From: Torpedo marmorata
Taxonomy: Eukaryota
Assembly: GCA_977017645.1 (NCBI GenBank)
Contig: OZ360247.1
Span: forward strand, 11,036,001-11,100,000
Length of the DNA stretch: 64,000 bases
Direction: 5' to 3'
Part shown: piece by piece, positions 12,083 through 23,892 of the stretch
Layout: each line of letters opens with the position of its first letter
Numbering within the stretch: position 1 is the first letter of the stretch
Notes under the pieces: generated by a model
The model's database searches: none
Told to the model about the DNA's origin: nothing
Seen by the model: the letters and a program-made list of their open reading frames with translations, nothing else
Translations under genes and position numbers: made by a program

Positions 12083-14370
12083 AAAGGTAAAAATACATAA
12101 CCAACGTTTCGGGCTTGAGCCCTTCATCAAGGTATGGAAAAATGTCGGCAGGCGTCCGAGCAAAAGCGGAGGGGGGGAGGGGTGGTAGCAAAGGCAGGAG
12201 GTGATAGATGGAGAAGGGAGGGAGGGGACAGCAGCAATCAAGGGGAGAAAGGATCGCTGGGTGAATGGAGGGGGAAGGGGGGGAGGAGAACTGGAAAAAC
12301 TGGAAAGGGGAAGGGGAAGGAGGGAGGGGGAAAAAAGGAGGGCAGTTTAGCAGAAAACAGAAAAGTCGATGTTAGCAGAAACCAAAAAAGTTGATGTTAA
12401 TGCCATCTGGCTGGAGAGTGCCCAGACGGAAAATCAGGTGTTGTTCCTCCAATTTGCGGGTGGTCCTGGTGGGATAGTACATAAGGCCATGGACAGATAT
12501 GTGAGTAGGGGAGTGTGACTCAGAACTGAAATGGTTGGCAACTGGGAGATCCCTGTCATTGGTGTGGATGGAGTGGCGGTGCTCAGCGAAGCGATCTCCC
12601 AATTTGCACCCAGTCTTTCCGATGTAGAGAAGGCCACACAGGGAGTACTGGATGCAATAAATCAGTCCTGCGGATACACAGTGAAGTGTTGCTTCACTTG
12701 AAAGGCCTGTTTGGGGCTCCGGACCGTGGTGAGGGAGGAGGTGTGGGCGCAAGTGCGGCACCTCCTGCGGCCACAGGGGAAGGTGCCGGGGGGTTGATAG
12801 GTGGGGAGGGATGAGTGCACGAGGGAATCACGGAGGGAGCGGTCCCAACAGAAGCCAGAGGGGAGGAGAAGGGAAAATGTGTCTGGTAGTGGGATCCTGT
12901 TGTAAGTGCCGGAAATTCCGGAGGATAATGTGTTGGATGCGGAGGCTGGTGGGGTGGTAGGTGAGGATGAGGGGGATTCTATATTTGTTGCATCTAGGGG
13001 CAGAGGGGGCCAGGGCAGATGAGTGGGAAATGGAGGTGATGCGGGTGACGACTGAGTTGATGGTGGTGGAGGGGAAGCCACGTTTGTGGAATAAGGCACA
13101 CATTTCGGAAGATCTGGACTGGAAGACCTCATCTTGGGAACAGATGTGGCAGAGGCAGAGAAATTGAGAGAAGGGGATAGAATCCTTACAGGGGATAGGG
13201 TGTGAGGAAGTGTAGTCAAGGTAGTTGTGGGAGTTAGAAGGCTTGTAATATATGTCGGTGGAAAGCTTGTCTCCCGAGATGGAGACAGAGAGATCCAGGA
13301 AGGGGAGAGAGTTGTCGGAGATGGACCAGGTGAGTTTGAGATCGGGGTGGAAGTTGGCCACGAAGTGGATGAAGTTGACAAGCTCATCGCGGGTGCATGA
13401 GGCAGCCCCGATGTAGTCGTCGATATACCGGAGGAAGAGTTGAGGGGTCTTGCCTGTGTAGGCTTGCAGCATGGATTGCTCCACAAAGCCACAGGCAGGT
13501 GTAGCTGGGACTCATGTGGGTACCCATGGCTATTCCTTTGATTTGGAGGAAGTGAGACGAGTTAAAGGAGAAGTTATTGAGAGTGAGGACAAGTTCTGCC
13601 AGGCGGAGGAGGGTGGTGGTAGAGGGTGACTGGTCGGGTCTTTGGTCCAGGAAGAAGCGAAGTGCTTTCAGACCTTCTGTGTTGGGGATGGAGGTATAAA
13701 GGGATTGGACAACCATCGTGAAGTTGAGGCGGTCCGGTTCGGGGAATCTGAAGTCATTGAGGAGATGGAGGGCATGTGAGGTGTCGCGGATTTAGGTGGG
13801 GAGGGATTGGACCAGGGGAGAAAAGATAGAGTAAAGGAAAGATGAAACTAGTTCGGTGGGACAAGAGCAAGCAGAAACAATGGGTCTACCTGGCTGGTTG
13901 GGTTTGCGTATCTTGGGTAGAAGGTAGAAACGAGCAGTGCGGGGATGTGAGACAATGAGGATGGCGGCCGTGGGAGGGAGGTGACCAGAGGTGATAAGGT
14001 TGGAGATGGTGTTGGAGACAGTGGCTTGATGTGTCGTGGTGGGGTCCCCCTCCCCTTCCCAGTTTTTCCAGTTCTCCTCCCTCCCTTCCCCCTCCCTTCA
14101 CCCAGCCATCCTTCCTCCCCTTGATTGCTGCTGTCCCCTCCCTCCCTTCTCCACCTATCACCTGCCTTTGCTACCACCCCTCCCCCCCCCCTACGCTTTT
14201 GCTCGGACGCCTGCCGACATTCTTCCATACCTTGATGAAGGGCTCAAGCCCAAAACGTTGGTTATGTATTTTTACCTATGCTATGTAAAAGACACTGTTC
14301 AACCTGCTGAGTTTCTCCAGCATTGTGTTTTTTACTTAACCTCGGTGTCTACAGATTTTCGTGATTTACT
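12083..14370 (-). mobile_element. Penelope-like retroelement (RT plus GIY-YIG endonuclease), 5'-truncated, with inverted pLTRs and 16-bp TSD
   Basis: Frameshifted ORFs with SLYTSIP, QIKGIAMGT, FLRYIDD, LPFLDL and IYCIQ..CGLLYIGKTG..LGDRFAEH. Positions 12083-12320 are inverted at 14045-14285. TSD TCTCCCTTCA(G/C)TTAGC at 12067-12082 and 14371-14386. Confidence 0.93.
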
Positions 14371-14439
14371 TCTCCCTTCACTTAGCTTCTTGCATCATTC
14401 CATTCACCTGCTCATGCTTCACAGCACCATAGCTTAGTA

Positions 14440-14529
14440 CAGTGGTTCTCAACCATAGGTGCTTTGTGGTCAGTCAGGGATTACTTAAGATGGTATGTGA
14501 GTGGAAAAACAAAAGGATGAGAACCACTG
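14440..14529. mobile_element. hAT (Charlie-like) mini-MITE
   Basis: CAGTGGTTCTCA ... TGAGAACCACTG TIRs; 8-bp TSD GCTTAGT(A/G). Confidence 0.8.
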
Positions 14530-14559
14530 GCTTAGTGAATTCTCAGTCCTCTGCCCATG

Positions 14560-15545
14560 CTGATACTACTCCATGCATCCTTACTTTATGGATAAGTCTT
14601 TTATGTGCAGCTTATCTAACACTTCCTGGAAATCCAAGTACACAACATCCATTTGTTCCCCACTCATTATATCCTCAAAGAACTTCAGTAAATCTGACAA
14701 TACATTACCTGTCCTCCCTGAATCTATGCTGCGTCTGCCTGATGGAACAATTTCTATCTAACTATCTCACTGTTTCTTCCTTAATGATAGCTTCAAGCAT
14801 TTTCCTGACTACAGTCAATAAGCTAATTGACTTATAGTTACCTGACTTTTGCTTAAATCCTTTTTTTTTTTTTAAAAACAGTGGTGTCACATTTGGTGTC
14901 TTCCAATCCACAAGGACCTGCCCAGAGTCCAGAGAATTTCCATAAATTACCACCAATGCAGCTACTATAACTTCTGCCACTTCTTCAGTCCCCTAGGTTG
15001 CATTCCATCAGGTCCGAGGGACATCGACCTTTGTACTCACTAGTTTTCTCAGCATTACCTCTTTGGTGCTGGCAATTGTACAGAGGTCCTCACCTCCCAT
15101 CGCATCTTTAACGCCAATCTTTGGCATGTTTGACGTGTTTTCCCACTGTAAAGACCTCGGCCATTTCCGCAATACCCAATATTAATTAAATCCTCCTTCA
15201 CATCTTCGAGGGACCAACATTCACATTGAAATAATTATAAAAACTTTCACTGTTTTTATGTTTTGTGCTACCTCACTTTCATAATCTTTCATTCCTTTCT
15301 ATATTGCTTGCTTAGTGGTTCTGTGTCGCGTTTTAAAGTTTTCCCAATCTTCCAGTTTCCCCAACTACGCTTGGCGACTTTGTGCATATGAGCTTTGAAT
15401 TTGATGCCTTCCTTTATTTCCGTGGCTATCCCCACCTTTAATGTCCTTGCTTTTAACTGGAATATACCTTTGTTGAGCACTGTGAAAAATCTCTTTGCAC
15501 ATCTTCCATTGTTCTGCAACTGTCCATCATACAGCCCATGTTCCT
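14560..15545 (-). mobile_element. Old CR1 LINE ORF2 fragment
   Basis: SLDSGQVLVDWKTPNVTPLF...SGNYKSISLLTVVRKMLEAII is the CR1 RT N-terminal motif. Confidence 0.8.
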
Positions 15546-15552
15546 GGTCTAT

Positions 15553-15645
15553 GGGTGGCACAGTTAGCGTAGTGGTTAGCACAATGCTATTACAGCACCA
15601 GCAAGCTGAGTTCGAATCCAGAACTGCCTGTCAGGAGTTTGTGCA
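15553..15645 (+). mobile_element. V-SINE 5' fragment
   Basis: GGGTGGCACAGTTAGCGTAGTGGTTAGC...GAGTTCGAATCC...GGAGTTTG, truncated. Confidence 0.7.
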
Positions 15646-16176
15646 ATTACACACTTTGCCACTCTCTAGTCTTTTGGCATAACAGTCACTTCCAAACATT
15701 TTTCAAAAAATCAAATAAAATTAATGACTCTGTTACATTTTTCACAACTTTTCCTAAAGTTCCATGATGCAAACATCTGGCTCTTTAGATTTTTTTTTGC
15801 ATTTTAAGTCCTATTTACATTATAAAGTTTAATTTACATCCATAAATTATTTCTGCAACATTAGATACAATAGGACAGCCCCAATGATCTTTTACCTGCA
15901 CCAACATGGTAAAATGTAACAGAACCTTCCTCAAAAAAGTTTTCAAAACGTAAGCCTGCTTAAATTAATATCAAAAGAAGTCATGGCATTTGTAATTTGC
16001 ACTGCATTCTTTTTGACATGAATTTGCAAACATGCCTGTAACAATTTAACATAAACATGGAATTAGGTGAAAGGTTTTAATTACACCTTCTCGGAAAATC
16101 CTTCCACTGAAGTCATAGAAATTGCCTGGCTATCTTGTTACTCACATTTTTTGCTATTTCAACTCTGAATACTCAC

Positions 16177-16250
16177 AGATATTGCATTGAAGGTAATTTA
16201 TCAAATGCATCATTCTCTATTACTTCTAAAATGGGTTGGAGTTCAAGTTC
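16177..16250 (-). pseudogene. LRRC37: LRRC37-like LRR exon, 74 bp (+2 frameshift)
   Basis: tttttgtttaacAG ... CT|GTGAGT. Reads NLNSNP/LEVIENDAFDKLPSMQYL once 2 extra T are removed from CCATTTTAGAA. Confidence 0.82.
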
Positions 16251-16448
16251 CTGTTAAACAAAAAGAATGCAAGAAAATCTCCCAAATAATTCAAATACAG
16301 AAAAAGTTTTCGATCCGTAATTAGGTCATTTGCCACTAATCCAGCTACATTACACATGTAAATATTGATACTGCTTTCATAATGGTGACTATTGTGAAGC
16401 AAATGTTTTACTGTTGGAGAAAAAGTTGGAATATTATTTTTTACTTAC

Positions 16449-16529
16449 AATTGCCTAAGGAAACATAATCCTTGCCAAGATTTGAATGTTCCATCAAGTA
16501 GTGTTGTTACCTTATTGCCAGAAAGATCA
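16449..16529 (-). pseudogene. LRRC37: LRRC37-like LRR exon, 81 bp
   Basis: tttattgtacAG|T ... TT|GTAAGT. Translates DLSGNKVTTLLDGTFKSWQGLCFLRQL, matching the distinctive 27-aa LRRC37 repeat [27 protein letters not shown]. Confidence 0.9.
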
Positions 16530-16602
16530 CTGTACAATAAACAGCAAAAAATCCAACTTTAATACATTGATTATTCAAAACAGGTTGCTTAGTTCTTTTA
16601 CG

Positions 16603-16859
16603 TTAAATTTAAATTAAGAAACACAACAGAGTAACAGGCCCCTCCGGCCCACGAGCCCATGCCGCCCAAATACACCAAATGCACCAATTAACCTATAAAC
16701 CCCGTACGATTTTGGAAGGTGGGAGGAAACCGGAGAACTCAGAGGAAACCCATGCAGACAGGGGAAGAACATAAACTCCTTACAGACAGCACTGGATTCA
16801 AACCCGGGTCACTGGCGCTGTAATAGCACAGCCCTAATCGCAACGCTAACCATGCCACC
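16603..16859 (-). mobile_element. tRNA-derived V-SINE (HE1-like)
   Basis: Reverse-complement homolog of 8696-8968. Confidence 0.87.
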
Positions 16860-17408
16860 TGTTAAAATAATATGAAACTGCACCAAAAAACACCACAAGT
16901 ACATGAGCGATCCTTTCACACGGTCTTCCAATTCAATCCATGCAAATTAATTTTATGAAGGTCCTTCTTTCTTTTAAATATTGATATTGAATATTGGGTC
17001 TAGCAAACAGTACTCTTGACACCTATTTATATCTGTAGTTCACTCATTGAACTTTAACAATTCCTTGCCCTCAAAATGATTCCGACCCACTCTGCTGTAC
17101 AAGCAAGAATGATGCTGCCATTCTCCACTGCTGACCAGCTAATGTGGAAGACACGGGCAGACAATGGGAAATAAAAAATGGAAACCTCTCTGAGGGGGAA
17201 GCACCTCAGATTGAAGTTGGAACATTGTAATGAGGAATAGTAAAGATTGATTTAATCTCCCCTGAAATGTTACTATCCCTGATTTGGATGTCATGACTAT
17301 GCCAAGCGGATGGCAATGACATCTAAAAACTATATAAAAATACTATACTCTGTAGATGCTGGAAATCTAATAGAAAAAGAAAGTGCTGAAAAACTTAGCA
17401 GAGACAGA

Positions 17409-19032
17409 TACACGCCAGCTACGGCAGGGAGTGCAGGCCATTACAGCCTACAAAGCGAGGGCGAACACCATAGATGGCTGTGATGCTTCAGTCCCCGATG
17501 ACCTGAACACCTCTATGCCCGTTTTAAGGAGAACCCAACAGTTCCTATGAGAATCCCTGGAAAGGCTGAGGACCCTGTGATATCTGTCTCTGAAGCCAAC
17601 GTCAGAACATCATTCATGAGGGTGAACTCTTGCACAGCATCAGACCCTGACAACGTACCTGGCACGGTACTGAAAATCTGTGCTAACCAACTAGCCGGAG
17701 TGTTCACAGATATTTTCAACCTCTCATTACTGCAGTCAGAGGTTCCCACCTGCTTCAAAAGGGCATCAATCATCCCAGTGCCCGAGAAGAGCAGAGTGAG
17801 CTGCCTCAACGACTATCGCCCAATAGCGCTAACATCTACTGTGATGAAATGCTTTGAGAGGCTGGTCATGGCCAGAACACGTAACTAAGCAAAGGACTGG
17901 GCCCATTGCAATTCGCCTATCGTCACAATCGCTCCACAGCAGATGCAGTATCACTGGCTCTCCACTTAGCTATGGATCACCTCGAAAACAGCAACTCATA
18001 CATACGGCTGCTTTTCATAGACTACAACTCAGCCTTCAACACCATTATTCCCTCAGTGCTGGTCAAGAAGCTCCAAACCCTGGGCCTCTACACCTCCTCT
18101 GCAACTGGAACCTTGACTTCCTCATCGGAAGAACACAGTCAGTATGAATTGGAAACAATGTCTCCTCCTCACTGACTAATCGTGCTTAGCGCACTGCTCT
18201 ACTCACTATACACCCATGACTGTGTGGCCAGGCACAATTCCAATGCCATCTACAAATTTGCCGATGACACCACAGCTGTCGGCAGAATCCTAAACGGCAA
18301 TGAGGAAGCATACAGAAGGGAGATAATCAGCTCGTTGAGTCGTGTCACACCAACAACCTTGCGCTCAACGTTAGCAAAACCAAGGAGATGATTATGGACT
18401 TCAGGAGGAAGTCAGGAGAACACAATCCAGTCCTCATCGAGGGCTCAGTAGTGGAGAGGGTCAAGAACTTAAAATTCCTGAGTGTCAACATCTCCGAGGA
18501 TCTGTCCTGGAGCCTCCATGTCAATGCAATCATAAAGAAGGCTCGCCAGCGGCTGTACTTTGTGAGGTGTTTGAGGAGATTCAAACACCTAAAACCTTCT
18601 TCCATGGAGAGCATTCTGGCTGGTTTCATCACTGTCTGGTATGGAGGTGCCAATGCTCAGGATAAGAAAAAACTCCAGAGGGCTGTTAAGTTGGCCTGCA
18701 AATTCACTCCATCGAGGACATCCACAAGAGGCGGTGTCTTAAGAAAGCAGCCTCTATCTCCACCACCCAGGCAATACACTCTTCACTCTGCTACCATCGG
18801 GAAAAAGGTACAGGAGCCTAAAGACGAGCACTCAACGGCACAAGGACAGCTTCTTCCCCGCTGCCATCAGATTCCTGAATAATCAATGAACCAAAGACAC
18901 TCTTATTTTGACTTTTCGTGCACTATTTTTATTTATTTTTTGTAAGGTGGTTTATATGAATGTTTTCACTATGATGCTGCCGCAAAACAATGTATTTCGT
19001 GACTTGTTTATGACAATAAATTCTGAATCTGA
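17409..19032 (+). mobile_element. Rex1/Babar-type LINE, 5'-truncated, frameshifted
   Basis: [14 protein letters not shown]...[55 protein letters not shown]; 3' tail GACAATAAATTCTGAATCTGA. Confidence 0.9.
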
Positions 19033-19299
19033 TGTCAAACCACATCTGTGGGAAGAGAAATGGAATCAATATTTCAGGTCGAAGATCCTGATGAAGGGTC
19101 TTCAACTTGAAACGGTGACTGTTTCTCCTCCACAGATTTGATCTGACCTGCTAAATATTTCTGGGATTTACTGTTTTAATATTAGCAATGATAGCTCTCA
19201 TTTTAACAGCACAAAAACATCACTCAGGTATATTCTGCAAATTATGGATAGAATTCAAGGTCCTCACTTTTCACCACACCTGCACATTATTCTTCGACA

Positions 19300-20140
19300 C
19301 CTGCCAAAAACAACCAGATCTCACCACCAGCTACATCTTTTCCTGTTCACCCCTTTGTGCTTTTCACAGTGACCACTAGCTCCATGACTCGAAACTTTGC
19401 TCATCCATCCCCACCCCCCCAAAAAAATCAGGCACTTTCCACTGCAACAGTAATAGGTCTAAGACTTGTTGTTACACCTCCCCCCTCACCTCCATCCAAG
19501 GACATAAACAGACCATCTAGGTGAGGCAGTGATTCACATGCACCTCCTCCACCGCATTTGGTCCTCTTGAGGTGACCCCTCTCCATCAATCACAGATTGA
19601 GAATGCTCTTTGACGAGCACCTGCGCTCTGTCCTCAAGCGACAGCTGGAATTCCTGGTGGCCAGTCATTTTAATTCCTCTGGCCATTCCCAAACAGACCT
19701 GTCTGTCCTCGGCCTCATTCCATTTCCAGGGCGAGGCCAAATGCAAACCTGAAGATCAGCACATCATATTCAGCCTACAGCCCAACAGTATAAACGTAGA
19801 ATTTTCCAATTCAGATAACCCACCCAGTTTTCATCCAGTTCCACTGTCTTTCACTGGTTCCCATTCTCCTCGGCCATTCCAGTACTTGCTTTATACTCCC
19901 CATCCCCCACCAGTGGGTCTCCACCTCCACTCACCTGCCTGTCTCACTTTTCCCATTTTCATCTGTCCAGTATCCTCTTATATTTTGGCCCCTACCCAGC
20001 CTTTCCCTCTCTTTTTCTTTTTGTTTGCCATCTCCCTTCCCACCTCTGGCTCAATAAAGGGTCCAAACAACATTGACTGTCCATCCCTCTCCATAAATTC
20101 TGCCCGACCTACTGACTCACTCCCGCTTCTCGTTGTTTAG
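19300..20140 (+). mobile_element. Old Penelope-like element 3' fragment
   Basis: Degenerate but collinear with the GIY-YIG region and pyrimidine-rich UTR of the 12-14 kb element (KCKPEDQHIIFSLQPNSINVEF). Confidence 0.7.
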
Positions 20141-20343
20141 CCATACAGTATGCTGTGCTTGTGCCAACTGCACTGGAAATGACACCATTGCTTAGCTACG
20201 TAAAGAAGGGATCTTTGTCAAGTACTGTTTGTCTGGAAAGTGATGCAGTGGCATTTATTTCGACGTTTCCCAAACACATGCATACAGGTCGTTCCCAGGG
20301 AGACAGAGGCAAATATACACTACAGCTGATAAACTATCAAATA

Positions 20344-20604
20344 CAGATAGACCCCTACTTACGATGTCCCGACATACAATATTTCAAAGTTACAATGGTT
20401 CTGTTCTTGCGTTTTTTTCGGCAAAATCTCACGTTTTTTCAGCAAAACCTCGCGTTTTTTTCTGCAAATCTCGTGGGTTTTTTTTTGCAAATCACGTTTT
20501 TTTCTGCAAATCTCACGTTATTTTGCCTGATTTCAACTTACAATAATTTCAACTTACACGGCGAGTGCCGGAACGGAACCCCATCGTAAGTAGGAGTCTA
20601 CCTG
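20344..20604. mobile_element. Tigger-like MITE with internal ~21-bp repeats
   Basis: TA|CAGATAGACCCCTACTTACGATG ... CATCGTAAGTAGGAGTCTACCTG|TA; internal (TTTTTTCTGCAAATCTCACG)-like repeats. Confidence 0.82.
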
Positions 20605-20975
20605 TAGTGAAAGACATCCTTTGGTCTATCCATACAGTAGCTTACTGATATTCGAGAGCAAGGTGCTGTACACCAGCAAGTGGTACACACACAAAGTCCG
20701 AAGGTCCAGAACTAAGTGCTCAGGGATGCACTGGAGCTGGGTGTAGCCATTGCAAGGGCTCCATGGTGATGGGCCACAGTTTAGGGCTCTTCCACTAGGT
20801 AAAATCTTTGTTAAAAAGCCAATGAACTATTAACTTTAAGTTACGAACAAATAATTATTGATTCTGTTTAAGCGTAATGTAGTGTGATGAACATGACATG
20901 AAAATGGCAATTTGAATGTTTTGTATTACATTCCTTTGAATATTTTAAGAATAACTTGTATTTAGAAATAAAAGA
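20605..20975 (+). mobile_element. Possible Tx1/L1-type LINE 3' remnant
   Basis: AAGGTCCAGAACTAAGTGCTCAGGGATGCACTG...GCAAGGGCTCCATGG..GGCCACAGTTTAG resembles a Tx1-like ORF2 end (from recall), followed by an AT-rich tail. Confidence 0.4.
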
Positions 20976-21063
20976 TACAATGTGATATGCAGCTCCAGAC
21001 CTGTTTAGAAGAATCCACAATGCACTACAGCACTGAACCCAATTCATTAAAAACTATACTTAC

Positions 21064-21135
21064 AATTTCTTTAATAAGACGAGCCCTTCAAATGATTCCT
21101 TCTGTAGTGTTTCAAGCTGATTTCCATGCAGGTCT
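21064..21135 (-). pseudogene. LRRC37: LRRC37-like LRR exon, 72 bp
   Basis: tttgttttAG|A ... TT|GTAAGT. Translates DLHGNQLETLQKESFEGLVLLKKL, comparable to [24 protein letters not shown]. Confidence 0.88.
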
Positions 21136-21454
21136 CTAAAACAAATTGTTCAAAAAATAGAATATCAACTTTATTGACATTTCAATTTCTGAGAAGGATA
21201 TCTAAACAAAATCCTACTGCCAGTGCTTTGGTTGCTCTATGAAGAACTACAGTTGTGAAGATATCTACTTTACAATTTTTAAAGTGGAGATCTTGAAGTA
21301 TAATCTTTAAGCAAAAAAAATGTTGAATTATAGGTAGTCTCCAAAACTGGGGCTCTTACAAAGAAATTTAAAACATCCAAATCTTTAAAAATCCAATCAA
21401 ATAATTTTCCAAATCTGTGCACCCAGAAGAACGAGCCAAGGGAACATATCAGGA

Positions 21455-22310
21455 GTTCAGAACACAGAACAGTTCCAGCACAGTCGGGGCCCTTCAGCTC
21501 ATAATACTGTGCTGACCTACATAAACCTACTCCACAATCAATCAAGCCCTCCCTCCCTCACAGCCCATAACTCTCCATTTTTCTTACATCCATGTGCCTT
21601 TTAATTATCCCTTCTGTAAAAGCCTCCACTACCACCTCAGGCAATGCATTCCAGGCACCCTCGCTGTGTGAAAAACCTATGTCTAACATCTTCCTCCACT
21701 CACCTCAAACGGATGTTCTCTGGTATTGGCCATTGCCATTCTGGGAAAAAGGTGCTAACTGCCCACTCTATCGATGCCTCTCATAATCTCATTCACCTCT
21801 ATTAAGTCACCTCTCACACTCTGTTGCTCTAAAGAAAAAAGCCCTAGCTCGCTCAACCTTTCTTCATTAGCCACGATCTCCAATCCAGGCAGCATTCTGA
21901 TAAATGTCTACACCCTTCAAAGCTTCCACATCAACCGCTCTACCTTCATCAATTTGTTTTGTCACCACCTCGAACAACCCAATTAGGCTCGTGAGGCATG
22001 GCCTGCCTCTCACAAACGTATGCTGACTCTCCCAAATGAAACTACGCTTCTCCAAATGCTTGTAAATCTTGTCCCGAAGAATCCTTTCCAATAGTTTGCC
22101 CACCACTCCACAAGCCTCCTGGTCGAGAACTCACAGGATTATCCCTTTTACTATTCTTGAACAAGGGAACTACATTTGCCATCCTCCAGTCCTCTGGTAC
22201 CACTCCTGTGGCCAGGGAGGACACAAAAACCATTGCCAATGCCCCAGCAATCTCTTCCCTTGCTTCCCATAGTAACCTGAATTACATCTGTCTGACCCAG
22301 GGACCCATCC
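21455..22310 (-). mobile_element. CR1 LINE fragments (internally deleted)
   Basis: SSLATGVVPEDWRMANVVPLFK, VGKLLERILRDKIYKHLE, GRPCLTSLI, plus CR1 3' UTR. Confidence 0.85.
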
Positions 22311-22311
22311 T

Positions 22312-23408
22312 GTTAAACAAGAAAGTCTGCAGGTACTGTGATTTCAGTTTACACAAAATTGCTGGAGAAACTCAGCAAATCACGCAGTGTTCTTTATGTA
22401 GCAAAGATAAAGATATATAACCAATGTTTCGGGCCTGAGCCCTTCACCAAGTTCTGAGCAAAATACAGGCAGGTGCCTTAATAAAATGGTAAGGGGAGGG
22501 GCTGGGGAAGGAGCACAGGCCCACATGCAAGAGCTCAAAGGTGGATATGGGTGGGAGGGCACAAGAGAAAAAAGCTGAGAAGTGATAAGGGGAGGGGATA
22601 GCTCTCTGAATGGAGAGGGAAGGGGGTGGAGAGCTGCAGAAAAAGAGACAGAGGGATGGGGAAGAGAGGGAGAACGGGGAGTGGGTTAGCAGAAACCAGA
22701 GAAGTCGATGTTAATGCCATGTGATTGGAGAGTGCCCAGATGGAATATTAGTTGTTGCTCCTCCAATTTACGGGTGGCCTTGGTTTGCTAGCGCATGAGG
22801 CCATGGACAGACATGTTGCCATGGGAGTGGGGCACGGAATTGAAATGGTTGGCCAACTTGGTGATCCCCGTCATTGCTGGGAACAGAACGAAGGTTCTCA
22901 GCGAAGCAATCTCCCAGTCTGCGTCCAGTCTCTCCGACGTAGAGAAAGCCAAAATGGGAGCACCAGATGCAGTAGACGACCCCTGCAGATTTACGTGAAA
23001 CCAAAGGGGTAAGTACCAAGGGGGCGATTAGTGGGAAGAAATGAGATGGACCAAGGTGAATTTGAAGTCAGGGTGAAAGTTAGCAGCAAAGTGGTTAAAA
23101 TTGACATGGGTACCCAAAGGGTCCCAGCTCTGCCTGCCTTTTTGTTGACTGCTGCTAACTTTCACCCCAACCTCCAATTCACCTTGGTCCATCTCTGACA
23201 ACACTTTCCTCCTTCTCAATCTCTTTGTCTCCATCTCAGGACACAAACTTTCTGCAGACATTTTCTACAAGCCCACCATCTCCCACAATTACCTCAACTA
23301 TGCTTCTTCACATCCTGTCCCCTGTAAGAATTCTATTCCTTTCTATCAATTCCTCAATCTCCGTCGCATCTGCTCCCAGGATGAGGTCTTCCATTCCAGA
23401 TCATCTGA
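22312..23408 (-). mobile_element. Rearranged Penelope-like element (pLTR, GIY-YIG and an inverted RT fragment)
   Basis: VVYCIWCSHFGFLYVGETGRRLGDCFAE; pLTR at 22312-22460; RT segment 23040-23090 repeated in inverted orientation at 23150-23215. Confidence 0.85.
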
Positions 23409-23499
23409 GAATCATAAAATTTGTTTTTAAAAAGGATATGCATTGCTTCTTTGCCCATGTTAAAGCTAATAAAATGCCTCAACGTAAGTCTGTGAGAAG

Positions 23500-23731
23500 A
23501 AACGTAAAGGTTCCATTATTGTCACGTAATACTACATTTAGAATGTAACATACATGAAATTCTTTAATTTTTGTCTGCCGTAAGGCAGACAGAGAGGCGC
23601 TACTTTGTCCAGCGCCCCTCACAGAAACCTACAGCACCTGGTGTTCCTAGGCGGTCTTCCCTCCAAGTACTGACCAGTCCTGTGCCTGCTTAGCTTCCGA
23701 GATCAGACAATCCCAGTCGGATTCAGGCTAG
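23500..23731 (-). mobile_element. 5S rRNA-derived SINE (SINE3-like) or 5S pseudogene with tail
   Basis: The reverse complement of 23625-23731 (GTCTGATCTCGGAAGCTAAGCAGG...TGGTCAGTACTTGGAGGGAAGACCGCCTAGGAACACCAGGTGCTGTAGG) matches vertebrate 5S rRNA with mismatches and a truncated 5' end, followed by a ~125-nt tail. Confidence 0.85.
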
Positions 23732-23892
23732 AAGTCACACCTCCAGTCAATTGTCAATGGTTGTTACCTTTGACGATATTCCCATCCTCAAATCTTTCAT
23801 CAATTCACAGTGTTTGTCACCACAAACCTTGCCTTGCTCTCCACCACAGTATTACAATGTTCAAAATCAGAATGTATGGACATAAATATATA

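Noticed and set aside
23625-23731. Functional 5S rRNA gene
   Set aside because: It is 5'-truncated, has many substitutions, is solitary and is fused to a LINE-like tail.
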